DNA of 64,000 nucleotides from Thermodesulfobacteriota bacterium (GCA_034189385.1 JAXHVD010000007.1:1-64000); one strand, 5' to 3'. Positions 17,194-27,960 are shown, counted from the stretch's first letter. Notes: generated by a model not told the origin, from the sequence alone. Made by a program: numbers and translations.

Positions 17194-17580
17194 GGAGTTG
17201 AAAAGCGGGACGCATTGCTTCAACCACCTGAAATTAAATACACTCAGGGCGTTGCCCCAAGGTCGCTTCTTTCACGAAACGCCTTTTCAGGCGACTATAT
17301 TTGAACATGTTGGCGATATGTCGCTACGTTGTTTAAATATCCCTGAATTTCGTGCCAGAGGCGGGATAGCAGCCCGGGTTTGGGCAAAAGTTCGGAGAAG
17401 ATGTGGAGGCGCCAAAGGTGCGTTAAAAGAGGCTTCTCTTGCCTTTGTGTGGATATTGCGATATGTGGTGATATTCAGACACATGGTTACCAAAACCCTC
17501 ACTTGACCGGAGGGCGCCTGAACAGGCCGTCTGTCACGGGCCTTCCCTGAGAAGGGGAAGATCAGGTCAAGGATGAGGCC

Positions 17581-19167
17581 ATGGCAGTACAGGAGGGATT
17601 ACCTGTGAGTGAACTAGACATTGATTTTTACAAAGCCCTCTTTGAAGACCTGAATCCTGAGAAGCTCCAGAAACGTTTCCTCCAACTACTCTTGAGGATC
17701 CAGAACGTGGAGCGTGGGTCCATTTGGGTCAGACGAAAAAACAGGTATGTATGTATCGAGGCCTTGGGAGGCCCCGAGGACACAGACATTGTAAAGGGCA
17801 CGAGTATTAGCGTGGATCAACCAAGCGTTGTGGGCTGGGTGATAGAAAACGGTGAAATGACGATTGCAGAGCCTGGCAAGGACTCACGCCACCGCAGCGA
17901 GGTTGAGGCGGACCTGGAAATAAAGAGCAAGCTCATTCTCTCTTTTCCTCTCATTCTTAAAGACGGGGATGTCTACGGAGCTGTCAACATCATTGACACA
18001 AGCAGCGGTGGCAACCGCATGAACCTTGACAAAACACTCTTAAAGCTCCTCCAGAACATCGTGGACATGGGCTCCATTGCCCTGAGCAACGCCCTTTACT
18101 ATGCTGAACAGCAGAAGGAAAACCTGGAGCTTCAGCATGCCCTGAAAGAGATCCGGAGAGACGTTGAAATCATCGGTCAAAGCCCTGTTTTCCTGGATGT
18201 CATGAAAAACGTCCGTGACTATGCACGAACGGATTTTCCTGTGTTGATAACCGGGGAAAGCGGAACAGGCAAAGACCTTGTGGCCAGAGCATTGCACAAC
18301 CTCAGTTCTCGGAAGAGCAAACCCTTTGTTGTTCAGAATTGCAGCGCCATCCCGGATACCCTGCTGGAAAGCGAACTCTTTGGATACAAGAAGGGGGCCT
18401 TTACCGGGGCTACAGAGGACAAAACAGGACTCTTAAAAACTGCGGAAGGGGGCACGGTCTTTCTTGATGAAATCGGAGACATGTCTCTGCACCTTCAGTC
18501 TCGGATATTGAGAGTCATCCAAAATAATGAGATCAAGCGCCTTGGTGAGGCCAAGACCACGAAGATCAACGTAAGGATTATTTCAGCCACCAACAAAGAT
18601 CTCAACCAGGCCATTGCCAAGAAGGAGTTCCGGGAAGATCTGTTGTATCGCATCAACGTCCTCCCTCTCCATCTTCCGCCCTTGCGGGATCGAAAAAGAG
18701 ACATTCCACTGCTATTGGGTTATTTTTTGAAGAGGGAATCGCTCAGACTGGAGATCCCTCAGAAGGTGATCTCAAAAGAAGCATTGCAGTATCTTCAAGG
18801 CTACCCTTGGGAAGGAAATATTCGGGAACTTGAGAATTTCGTAAAGTACATTCTTAGCACCATTGATAATCCTGTCATTGATCTGAACGAGATACCTGAC
18901 CATTTCATGCAGAAGGATATCCCCAAGAGGAACGCTGTGAGCACGCCTCCTCTTCAGGAGGAGCCCACGCTTTCAGACAATGGTCTTACGCCAAAAGTGT
19001 CTGAGTCGCCATTTGCAGGCTATTCTTGGGAAGAGCTTGAAAAGGACTATGTCATGTATCTGCTTGAGAAGAACAAACTGAATGTCACGCAAGCTGCAAA
19101 TGATGCAAAAATGAACAGGTCCACTTTTTGTTCAAGAATGAAAAAACTTGGCATTACAAGAGGATAA
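17581..19167 (+). CDS. Sigma-54-dependent enhancer-binding protein (GAF + AAA+ + Fis HTH)
   Basis: GESGTGKD Walker A, ESELFGYKKGAFTGA, FLDEIG, YPWEGNIREL, C-terminal NVTQAANDAKMNRSTF; GAF-like N-terminus. Confidence 0.95.
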   Translation: MAVQEGLPVSELDIDFYKALFEDLNPEKLQKRFLQLLLRIQNVERGSIWVRRKNRYVCIEALGGPEDTDIVKGTSISVDQPSVVGWVIENGEMTIAEPGKDSRHRSEVEADLEIKSKLILSFPLILKDGDVYGAVNIIDTSSGGNRMNLDKTLLKLLQNIVDMGSIALSNALYYAEQQKENLELQHALKEIRRDVEIIGQSPVFLDVMKNVRDYARTDFPVLITGESGTGKDLVARALHNLSSRKSKPFVVQNCSAIPDTLLESELFGYKKGAFTGATEDKTGLLKTAEGGTVFLDEIGDMSLHLQSRILRVIQNNEIKRLGEAKTTKINVRIISATNKDLNQAIAKKEFREDLLYRINVLPLHLPPLRDRKRDIPLLLGYFLKRESLRLEIPQKVISKEALQYLQGYPWEGNIRELENFVKYILSTIDNPVIDLNEIPDHFMQKDIPKRNAVSTPPLQEEPTLSDNGLTPKVSESPFAGYSWEELEKDYVMYLLEKNKLNVTQAANDAKMNRSTFCSRMKKLGITRG

Positions 19168-19643
19168 GCCGCCTACCACCCATTAGAGTGCGTTGTTCCG
19201 GCACAATACCCGTTCCCATCCAGGCCCACCCATCTAGCTGACCCGGTAGATTCCGCATGAAAAAAAGGAGGGCTGCGATCAGGGTCCAAACGGCAACAGG
19301 TTCGGAGAGTATTTCACACCGGGCAACCTCAAAGGGCCCTGTGAAGCTCCCGAGCTACCTCACCCCAAGCATCTCTTTGCAATCCCTCCCGTCAAGGCCG
19401 AACACTCCATCTGGATCACACTCTGCGAAAGATCAAAAATGCAATCTTTTGAACTAATTCCTTGAATTTGCAACATAAGGGTGCTATCTAGGTGCGTGTC
19501 GGGATGTATTACCGGGTGACTGCCATTTCCAGTTCTGGCTGGCAACGCTTCTGATCTCTTCCTCATGTGCAGACGACCCGGTATTTTATTGTTGGCGTGT
19601 TCCGGACACCTACCGCAAGACACAGTCATTTACAGGAGGGGCG

Positions 19644-20900
19644 ATGCTGAGACGGCAATCATGGCGGGCGATCCCCTGGCTCACGATCCTGGGGTTATCT
19701 CTGTCATGTCTCGCACCAGACCCTTCTGTTGCAGGCGGGCCGGTTCACGGTACAAAGGCTGCCAGCATGGGGGCGGCTTTTGTGGCTGTAGCCGACGACC
19801 CGTCTGCCATCATGCACAACACGGCAGGCCTTACCCAGTTGCCGGGCACCCATCTCTACACGGGAGCCACTGCTGTCATTCCGTCCAGCGAGTACCTCAG
19901 CCCTGACGGAGAATCGGAGAAGACAGACTTTCAAGTCTTTTTCCCGCCCCATCTTTATGTCTCCTCGGACTTTGGCATGGAAGATGTTGCCCTGGGTCTT
20001 GGGATATACTCTCCCTTTGGCATAGGAGGCAGAAAGTGGGACGACAAGGGCCTCACCCGATATGCCTCTGTAGAAAGCATGATCACCACCATGTCTGTAA
20101 ACCCTACCGTGGCCTGGCGTCTCTTGCCCAACGTGTCCGTAGGCCTTGGTGTGGACTACATGTGGTCCTTTAACGAGGCCGAGAGGATGCTTGATCAGTC
20201 TTCCGCGGGAGCCGGAGACGGAAAGCTCAGTCTGGACGCTGACGGCGGTGGGTGGGGATACAATCTGGGTGTTCTTCTTTTTCCTGAAGGCAAATTCAGT
20301 GTAGGCGCGGCCTATCGCAGCGAGATAGAAATCGACCAGAGCGGGTCTATTACCCTAAAGAACATTGCCGAGGCCCTTCAACCGGCCTTTGGCGGGTCTC
20401 GTTTTAAGACAGATATGGATACCACTCTGGACTTTCCGCAAATGGTGAATTTCGCCGTAGCCTATCGACCAACGACAAGATTCACCCTCGGGCTGGAGCT
20501 TGAGTGGACCGGCTGGTCCAGCTTTGACAAGCAGGTTGTGGATATAAAGGATGAAGTGCCGGAGGCCGGCTTTTCAGACAGCACAACACCTTTGGACTGG
20601 AAAGATATGTGGCGTGTGGGTGTTGGGATGGAGTACAAGGCAAATGAGAACCTTGCCTTAAGAGGGGGATATACATTCATGGAAAATCAAGTCCCCGAGC
20701 ATACCCTGGGTCCGGCCAGTCCGGAGTCAGATCAGCACGTCTTCAGCATCGGATTCGGCTACAAGATGAACAAGACCACTCTGGATGCCTTTTACATGGT
20801 TTCCTTCTATGAGGATCGAAAGGTGGACAATGCCATCTTGAGCGGTGAGTATGAAAACTTCGCCCATTACATCGGTTTTAGCTGGGGCTACAGTTTCTGA
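19644..20900 (+). CDS. FadL/OmpP1/TodX-family outer-membrane channel
   Basis: SMGAAFVAVADDPSAIMHNTAGL hatch motif, GLGIYSPFG, NPTVAW, C-terminal YSF. Confidence 0.9.
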   Translation: MLRRQSWRAIPWLTILGLSLSCLAPDPSVAGGPVHGTKAASMGAAFVAVADDPSAIMHNTAGLTQLPGTHLYTGATAVIPSSEYLSPDGESEKTDFQVFFPPHLYVSSDFGMEDVALGLGIYSPFGIGGRKWDDKGLTRYASVESMITTMSVNPTVAWRLLPNVSVGLGVDYMWSFNEAERMLDQSSAGAGDGKLSLDADGGGWGYNLGVLLFPEGKFSVGAAYRSEIEIDQSGSITLKNIAEALQPAFGGSRFKTDMDTTLDFPQMVNFAVAYRPTTRFTLGLELEWTGWSSFDKQVVDIKDEVPEAGFSDSTTPLDWKDMWRVGVGMEYKANENLALRGGYTFMENQVPEHTLGPASPESDQHVFSIGFGYKMNKTTLDAFYMVSFYEDRKVDNAILSGEYENFAHYIGFSWGYSF

Positions 20901-20963
20901 AGCTCCCGCTGGCGGCGCCGTACCGTCCATCCCATGTAGGCTACCTCAAATTTGCGGGTGCAG

Positions 20964-23900
20964 ATGAAGCCTTCAGCCCATATCCCGAAAGTCGTACCTC
21001 CCCGCTTACCTCACATCCTGGAGCGTCCACGCCTTACCAAGCTCCTTAAACAAAACAATCACAAGAAGCTCTTGCTTATTCTGGGCCAGGGCGCCCAAGG
21101 AAAGACCACATTGGCCGCCTCCTATGTGAAGAATGCCACCACACCATCGGCATGGCTCAACCTGGACCGTGGAGAATCTGATCCTGTCAACCTCTTTCAC
21201 TTACTGGTCCAGGCCCTCCAATATATCTCCCAAGAGACCGACCTTTCTTCTATTCTGGATTACCCGTCCATGGCCATGGGACCCAGAGCGGAAATGCCTC
21301 TCTACCGGGATTGGGTCCAGGCCTTGTTTGAACGGATACCGAAGCCGATGCAGATTGTCTTGGACGGTCTGGACCGGTTATCGCCCGAGGCCCCTTCCTT
21401 TGGACTCCTTCAGGTCATGCTTGAAGACGCCCCGGAGGACGTGTGTCTCCTCATGCTCTCTCGGGAAATGCCCCCATTGGAGATTCATTATCTAGAGATC
21501 AAGCAGGAGGCCTTTCTGCTTACCAACAAGGATCTCGCCTTCACCCTGGCTGAGGTGAAGAAGTTCTTCCGCGACGTTCGAAACATGACTCTCCCCTCAG
21601 ATCAATGGTCGAAGGTCCATGAGACCACAGAAGGATGGATAGGGGGTCTCATACTGCTCTCCGAGGCCATAAGCAGAAAGATAAGGGAGCCCAAAGGGGA
21701 ATACACCTTTGACGACAACGCAGATGGTTTTTCAAAGCAGGTCTTCCGCTATTTTGGGGATGAGGTGCTGGCCGCCCAATCCAAACCGGTGCGAGAGTTT
21801 CTGGTCAAATCCTCCATTGCAGACGCCATTGAGCCTGAATTCATGAACGAGCTCTTGGGCGCGCCAGAGGGAGACGAGATTCTCCGGGACCTGGAGAGGA
21901 GAAACCTTTTTACCCAATCGGTCTATGATAAAACAAAGGGCTGGCTCTATCGATATCATCAGATGTTCAGAGAGTTTCTGAATAGCAAACTTGAAGCAGA
22001 AACAAGGGATGAAGAACGCCGATCCTTGCTCTTCAAGGCAGGCACTCTCTCTGAGCAGAGAGGGGAGCTGGAAGATTCGATCAAATACTACCTCAGGGCC
22101 AAGGCGTTCCCAGAGGCAGTTGCCATCATTGAACGAATGGGGATGGATGTCTTAAGAAAGGGAAGAATCGGGGATCTGGCCCAATGGCTCGAAAGCCTTC
22201 CTGAGGAGGTGCAGGAAAACCCGTGGCTGCTTCTGTTTCTTTCCATGACGAGACGTTTCACTGAGGTGAAAGAAAACGTCACGCGTTTGAAAAAGGCGCT
22301 GACCCTCTTCGAAGAGCATGGAGACGTAAGAGGGCAACTCCTTGCTCTCGCCTATCTGATCGAGGCCGTGATAACAAGGGGCCGTGACCCTATCCCCCTG
22401 GCGGTTCTGCTTGAGCAAGGTGATACCCTGCTCGGTTCATTGACGTCTGATCAACATCCCTATGAGAGGGCCGTCCTCTGGTTCTCGCTTGGCTTTGGAC
22501 ACATGATTAGGGGGGGTAACCCCCGGAAGGGTGCCTGGGCCTGCCAGAACGCCTATTTGCTGTCGAAAAACCTTGGCGACCTGCCGCTCCAGATCAACGC
22601 CCTGGTCCATTCGGTGAACAATCTCTCGTCCCTGGGGGAGTTTCCCCAGGCTGATAAGTTCTGTGAGACCCTTGAAAAGTTGGTGGACAAACATACGTAT
22701 CCGGAACTGCGAACATTATACCGAATCGCAGCCAGCCAGTTGTTCATATTGGAAGGATTCTCGGAGAAGGCCAAGGCGATGGTCGATATGGCCCGAGCTG
22801 ATATAGAGAGACACGGTCTGCTCTATCTCTACCCGGTCATGCTTTTGTACGACCTTATCTCAAAGGCCCAACTTGAGGAATTTGCCGAAGCCGAGGAGGC
22901 TGGGAACCGTTTGATGAGCTTCTCATTATCCATGGACAATCTCTTCTTGTATGGAGATGCTGCGCTCTTCTTGGGATTGAGTTATTATCACAAGGAGGAC
23001 TTCCAAGAAGCCAGAGCAATGCTTGAGAAGTCAAGAGAGATCTTGTCTTCAGATGAGGCCAGGGCGGACTGGCAGTTTTCTCTTGCTCACATCCTGACGA
23101 GCCTGGTCTCGTATCACCTGGGAGAAAGCAAAAGCACTGAGAAGAAGCTTCATGAAGTGTTGGACTACCACAATGATATGTCCAGCCACTTCTTCATGGT
23201 AGAGAGCCGCTTTGCCATGGCCCTGCTCAAATGGAAGGAAGATAGGGCAACGGAGGTTGCCAGGCACCTGCAAGCCGGCTTCAAGATTGCCAAGGAAAGG
23301 GGCTATGAGCACTTCATGCTTCTGAGCAGTAAGGACTTGGTGAGGGTGTGTACTCTAGCGATAGAACTTGAGGTTTCAGAGGCTGTTGGTTATGCGGTAC
23401 ATCTCCTGTCCACCAGGCTTGCCTCTAAAGCGGGTTCGGAACTGGAAAGGCTCTCCGATCACCCTAATGCAAAGATTCGAAAAAGGGTCCGGGAGACCCG
23501 GAAGGCCATCCACCTCAAGAATGTTCCGCACCTTCACATTCAAACTCTGGGAGGGTTTCGGGTGTTTCGAGACGAAGCCCTTCTGGAGGATCGTGAATGG
23601 CAGGGGAGCCAGCCAAAACTGCTCTTAAAGGCCATCATCGCCCGCGGATCGGGCAAGGTGTCAAAGGAGCTTCTCATGGAAGATCTCTGGCCTGATGCCT
23701 TGCCTTCCAAGGGGGAGACGAATTTCAGGGTGACCCTGCACCGTTTGCGAAAAGCCCTGGAACCGGAAATAAACAAGACCTTTGGATCATCTTATATCCT
23801 TCTGGAAGACGGATTCCTTTCCCTCCATGAGTCCCTTTGCCAGGTGGACGCGGAGGCCTTTTTGTCCCTTTGTGAGGAAGGGAAAAGAGAGGAAAAGCGA

Positions 23901-24293
23901 GGTCATGTTAGAAATGCCCTTTCCCTCTATCACGAAGCAGCGCAACTGTATCAGGGAGATTTCCTCGCAGAGGATCTTTACGCGCTCTGGGCGCAGGAAA
24001 AAAGGCGAGAGCTGCGATCAAAGTACGTTGCACTCCTGAACAAAATGGCCGGGCTTTACGAGGCCCGCGGGGCCTCAAGGAAGGCGATTGCCTCCTATAA
24101 AGCCCTTATTCAGACCGATCCCCTTCTGGAAGGGGCCTATCAGAAGCTCATGACCCTCTATTCCAACCTGGGCAAGCGAAGCGCAGCCCTAGGGGTCTAT
24201 GATGAATGCAGAAAGGCCCTCAAAGCGGGCCTTGATACGGAGCCAGACAAAGTCACCACCTCCCTTTATAATAAGATTTTGGAAACTACGTGA
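20964..24293 (+). CDS. MalT-like STAND ATPase/TPR regulator with C-terminal SARP (wHTH + BTAD) region
   Basis: KVVPP..LERPRL, GQGAQGKTTL, TEGWIGGL, YRYHQMFREFL; IQTLGGFRV, LWPDA..FRVTLHRLRKAL, LYQGDFL, DPLLEGAYQKLM, LDTEPD. Confidence 0.9.
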   Translation: MKPSAHIPKVVPPRLPHILERPRLTKLLKQNNHKKLLLILGQGAQGKTTLAASYVKNATTPSAWLNLDRGESDPVNLFHLLVQALQYISQETDLSSILDYPSMAMGPRAEMPLYRDWVQALFERIPKPMQIVLDGLDRLSPEAPSFGLLQVMLEDAPEDVCLLMLSREMPPLEIHYLEIKQEAFLLTNKDLAFTLAEVKKFFRDVRNMTLPSDQWSKVHETTEGWIGGLILLSEAISRKIREPKGEYTFDDNADGFSKQVFRYFGDEVLAAQSKPVREFLVKSSIADAIEPEFMNELLGAPEGDEILRDLERRNLFTQSVYDKTKGWLYRYHQMFREFLNSKLEAETRDEERRSLLFKAGTLSEQRGELEDSIKYYLRAKAFPEAVAIIERMGMDVLRKGRIGDLAQWLESLPEEVQENPWLLLFLSMTRRFTEVKENVTRLKKALTLFEEHGDVRGQLLALAYLIEAVITRGRDPIPLAVLLEQGDTLLGSLTSDQHPYERAVLWFSLGFGHMIRGGNPRKGAWACQNAYLLSKNLGDLPLQINALVHSVNNLSSLGEFPQADKFCETLEKLVDKHTYPELRTLYRIAASQLFILEGFSEKAKAMVDMARADIERHGLLYLYPVMLLYDLISKAQLEEFAEAEEAGNRLMSFSLSMDNLFLYGDAALFLGLSYYHKEDFQEARAMLEKSREILSSDEARADWQFSLAHILTSLVSYHLGESKSTEKKLHEVLDYHNDMSSHFFMVESRFAMALLKWKEDRATEVARHLQAGFKIAKERGYEHFMLLSSKDLVRVCTLAIELEVSEAVGYAVHLLSTRLASKAGSELERLSDHPNAKIRKRVRETRKAIHLKNVPHLHIQTLGGFRVFRDEALLEDREWQGSQPKLLLKAIIARGSGKVSKELLMEDLWPDALPSKGETNFRVTLHRLRKALEPEINKTFGSSYILLEDGFLSLHESLCQVDAEAFLSLCEEGKREEKRGHVRNALSLYHEAAQLYQGDFLAEDLYALWAQEKRRELRSKYVALLNKMAGLYEARGASRKAIASYKALIQTDPLLEGAYQKLMTLYSNLGKRSAALGVYDECRKALKAGLDTEPDKVTTSLYNKILETT

Positions 24294-24368
24294 GCCGCGT
24301 AATTGCCAAAAAACATACTATTTCAATAAGTTAATCTCGAATCCGCCCTCACCATAACTCCCCGCTTT

Positions 24369-24385
24369 GTAACATCCCAGTAACA
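24369..24385 (+). promoter_or_regulatory. GTAACA direct repeat with 11-bp period; candidate SARP/wHTH operator
   Basis: GTAACA-TCCCA-GTAACA between the BTAD regulator and the protease gene. Confidence 0.5.
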
Positions 24386-24582
24386 CTTCTCTGATAAAGG
24401 ATCAAAATTGGATAGGTTTCACCTGATCCAGTCTCCTTCCTTCTTGTTCCTGATGATACCAATGGGGGGTGGGATGCATTTGTCTTTGATAGGCAGAGGC
24501 CTTGACTCATTTACCATACGGATGGGTTATCAGCATAGGAACAAAGCCCAAGACAGCGATGTGGAAGAGGGGGGGGTAGCTC

Positions 24583-27500
24583 ATGCCTAAGTCGACAAGA
24601 GTAATAGCAGTGATAGCGATTCTCTTAGCGGTAACCTTCTTCGGCATTCAATCTGGCATAGCCCAAGACCCGGAGTGGATTGACTTCTCTCAGGGTCTGG
24701 AAGGAGACATCAGCTATGTGGAAGTGGCCGCCTCGTCAGCCACGAGTCTTATGCTCAAAGTGGCGCTTCCAGGCATGTACACCTATCCCATAGAGATGGC
24801 AGACGAAGAGATCTACACCGCCGTGTCTGTCCCCGGCTCCGAACAATTTGAGACCGGCAAACCAGCCGTCCCAGTTTTCTCAGAGTGGATTCTGATTCCG
24901 AACGGCGCCGATGTGGAAATCGGCATCGACCCCGGAGAACCCCTTCTCTATGAAGACATGTATCTTCCGCCAGGGCAGCCACTGTCCGGAGATTGCGAAG
25001 GAGAACTCATACTGCCTTTTGCCAAAGACGAAGAAACCTACGGGATGGATACAGACTGCCCCGGAGACTTTGTGACGCTGGAGCAAAGGCAAACCTTGCG
25101 GGGACAAGAGTGTGCCATCATCTGGCTCTATCCCTACCAGCATAATCCGGTCACAAGGACGTTGTCCGTGTATCCGGACCTGTCCGTCACACTCTTGTTT
25201 CAAGAAGGATGGGCCGCCATTCCGCCAGAGGAAAGATCGGCAGCCTTTGAAGACATCATGCGACGCATGGCCGTGAACGCCGACGCCGTGCTTCCGGAAG
25301 AGGTCCCACCCGAAGAATACGATACAGGCCCTTACGGCTGGGATTACATTATCATCATTTCGGACACCAAATTTGAACCGGCAGCTGACAAGTTGGCGGC
25401 CTGGAAGAAGAAACTCGGGTTCAAGGCCCTGGTGCACAAAGTGCCTGCAACATGGGATGAGCTCGCTATCAAGACTGCCCTTGAGGGGGCCTACAAGAAC
25501 TGGAAGAGGAAACCGAAGTATGTCTTGATCATAGGGGACGCAGAGTATGTGCCCTGTCACTATGCTTCATGGCACGTCCATAACTTTGAAAGGGCACTCA
25601 GATGCGAGTGCAGCGGATGCTGGCCGGAGCCGAAGAATACCCAGCATTATGTGGCTACGGACCTTTATTATGCCACCATGGACGGCCCCAACGACCTGGC
25701 CCCTGAAATGTTTATGGGCCGGTTGTCGGTGGATACGGCCAGCCAGGCCATGAAGCGCGTAGACGACATCATCAAGTATGAAAAGAATCCGGTGATGGAC
25801 CCCACCTTTTACAACCACGTGGCCGTTGCTGCCGAGTTTGAGGATAATGATATTGAAGTCTCCTATGGCATTCCAAACTGCAAGCGGAACACCTATGAGG
25901 ACAAGAGGTTTGTCCAAACCTCTGAGGATACGGCCCTCTTTCTGGGGCATCCCAGCTTCAATATTGGAAAATCCGTTGATCGCATATATAACGCCGACTC
26001 CGCGGTGACGCCAACGTACTGGTGCAATTCGCCAGACAACTTTGGCGGCGGACCAGCCGGCAATCCTGGAACCAAAATCCCTACATACCTTTTAAGGAGC
26101 AACGGGTTTGCCTGGAATGGGAGTGGTCTTCACATTGCAAACGCCCTGAACAGTGGGCGCTTCCTCCTAACCTACCGGGGCCACGGGGCCAGAGATTTCT
26201 GGAGGACACCAAAGTTTGATGCCCAAACCTTCCAGTCCCTCAACAACGGCGATAAGTTGCCGGTGATCTGGAGCCTGAGCTGTCAGACCGGCTGGTTTGA
26301 CAACGAGACAGATTTTTTCTGGTCCCTACGCGATAAGAATCCCTCTGATTACACGGACGTTAACATGCTTTGTTTTAGTGAACAGTGGGAACGCCGGCCC
26401 AATGGAGGCGCCATTGGCATCGTGGCTGGCACACGGGTGACCTTCGGTTTCTTAAACGAACATCTTTCCTGGGGAATGCTCGATGCCATCTGGCCCAGTT
26501 TCAATGCTTCTAAACAGCCAGTCTACAGTAATATTCCTATTCTTAGAATGGGAGAGGTCCTTTACTACGGCAGGCAGTACATGATGAAGGCAAAGATCAG
26601 CTCAACGGATGCAGCCAAAAAGAAGAAGGCCAACTACGAAGCCTATCACTGGTTCGGAGACCCGGCCATGGAGATAAGAACAAAAAGACCTCCTCAGATC
26701 ATGGTCGCTCAGGTGCCGCCGATATGGCCCTGGGCTCTGTACCCCAGAAACTTCACCGTCCATGTATTGCTTGATGACGGTGATGAGTATCAAGGCCCTG
26801 TGGAAAAGGCCAAGGTGACTATCTCCAAACAGGATAGCCCTTCTGATTACTGGATGGGAAAGACAGACGAAGAAGGGTACGTGACCTTCCCCGGTCTGGT
26901 GACCAGTACCTTGGGAGAATATGATGTGGTGGTGACGGCTTCAAATACGATTCCCTATGCGGGTACGTTTGAATCCCAGGCTGGCCCCGGGGGCATCCTT
27001 TTGGATGCCGAGGTCTACCCATGCCCATCGGAAATCGGGATCAAGGTGGCCCATGCTGATTGGGCAGGTCTCGGCCCAATAGCCCAGGTCGTGGAGACAA
27101 GTGGAGGAGATGAAGAAACCGTGACTCTAATTGAAGCCCCCGCTGGATTAGGGATGTTTGTGGGGACCATCCCCGCTGATTCCGGGGTGGCTCTTCCCGG
27201 TGACGGTATCCTTCAGGTGAGTGACGGGGAGACCATCTTAGTCGCCTACGGGGGCCAGGAGGACACCGCGCTGGTTGATTGCCAGCCTCCAGCCTTTGAC
27301 GGTTTGGTTGCCGCTACAAGGAATAACCGGCGCGGGTGCGTGGAGCTCGAGTGGAATGCGGCCTATGACGACTACGGCCCCGTAACTTATAACATCTACC
27401 GTTACGATGCCGGCTCTTCCATCGGCATTCTCATAGGAAGCACATGGGCTCTCTCCTTCCCCGATTGCGATATTGACCCTGGTGGAATGTATCGTTATCT

Positions 27501-27960
27501 GGTGCGCGCACAGGATGCTAGCGGCAATGAGGACAACAACACGGTTCAGGCGACACCCCCAGACGTACGCGTATCCGTTGCCAAGGTAAGATGGCGTGGC
27601 CCGCGGAGTAGCACGGGAAGAGTGCACCTCAAGGCTGACCTTGAAACCCCTGTGCCGGAGCCCGATGAGCAGATCGCTCTATTCTTTGACGGCATATCGC
27701 TCTTTGATGTGCCCTTTTCCCTCTTTCGCCAGTCGAGGGACAATCCGAATGTGTACAGGCTTTTCGCGAGGGATTTTACTGTAAAACTCGACTTTGAAGA
27801 AATGACTCTCAAGGTGTTCAGACGGAGGCTTAACCTTTCTTCCCTGGACAACTCGAACGGCGTGGATGTGGAGCTGTACGTAGGCGACAATGCCGCAGTG
27901 GAGAACATTGCCATGGTGCCAGGCCGTGGTCGGAGCTTGCGCTACGTCCGACCCGATTAG
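24583..27960 (+). CDS. Peptidase C25 (gingipain-like) with propeptide and C-terminal Ig/FN3-like domains
   Basis: Signal peptide; GKPAVP..ILIP propeptide; YVLIIGD, TDLYYA..D..PEMFMGRL, YRGHG (catalytic His), LSCQTG (catalytic Cys), FGDPAM. Confidence 0.9.
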   Translation: MPKSTRVIAVIAILLAVTFFGIQSGIAQDPEWIDFSQGLEGDISYVEVAASSATSLMLKVALPGMYTYPIEMADEEIYTAVSVPGSEQFETGKPAVPVFSEWILIPNGADVEIGIDPGEPLLYEDMYLPPGQPLSGDCEGELILPFAKDEETYGMDTDCPGDFVTLEQRQTLRGQECAIIWLYPYQHNPVTRTLSVYPDLSVTLLFQEGWAAIPPEERSAAFEDIMRRMAVNADAVLPEEVPPEEYDTGPYGWDYIIIISDTKFEPAADKLAAWKKKLGFKALVHKVPATWDELAIKTALEGAYKNWKRKPKYVLIIGDAEYVPCHYASWHVHNFERALRCECSGCWPEPKNTQHYVATDLYYATMDGPNDLAPEMFMGRLSVDTASQAMKRVDDIIKYEKNPVMDPTFYNHVAVAAEFEDNDIEVSYGIPNCKRNTYEDKRFVQTSEDTALFLGHPSFNIGKSVDRIYNADSAVTPTYWCNSPDNFGGGPAGNPGTKIPTYLLRSNGFAWNGSGLHIANALNSGRFLLTYRGHGARDFWRTPKFDAQTFQSLNNGDKLPVIWSLSCQTGWFDNETDFFWSLRDKNPSDYTDVNMLCFSEQWERRPNGGAIGIVAGTRVTFGFLNEHLSWGMLDAIWPSFNASKQPVYSNIPILRMGEVLYYGRQYMMKAKISSTDAAKKKKANYEAYHWFGDPAMEIRTKRPPQIMVAQVPPIWPWALYPRNFTVHVLLDDGDEYQGPVEKAKVTISKQDSPSDYWMGKTDEEGYVTFPGLVTSTLGEYDVVVTASNTIPYAGTFESQAGPGGILLDAEVYPCPSEIGIKVAHADWAGLGPIAQVVETSGGDEETVTLIEAPAGLGMFVGTIPADSGVALPGDGILQVSDGETILVAYGGQEDTALVDCQPPAFDGLVAATRNNRRGCVELEWNAAYDDYGPVTYNIYRYDAGSSIGILIGSTWALSFPDCDIDPGGMYRYLVRAQDASGNEDNNTVQATPPDVRVSVAKVRWRGPRSSTGRVHLKADLETPVPEPDEQIALFFDGISLFDVPFSLFRQSRDNPNVYRLFARDFTVKLDFEEMTLKVFRRRLNLSSLDNSNGVDVELYVGDNAAVENIAMVPGRGRSLRYVRPD

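Noticed and set aside
24408..24590. 60-aa ORF upstream of the C25 gene
   Set aside because: TTG start, no family features, probably 5' leader
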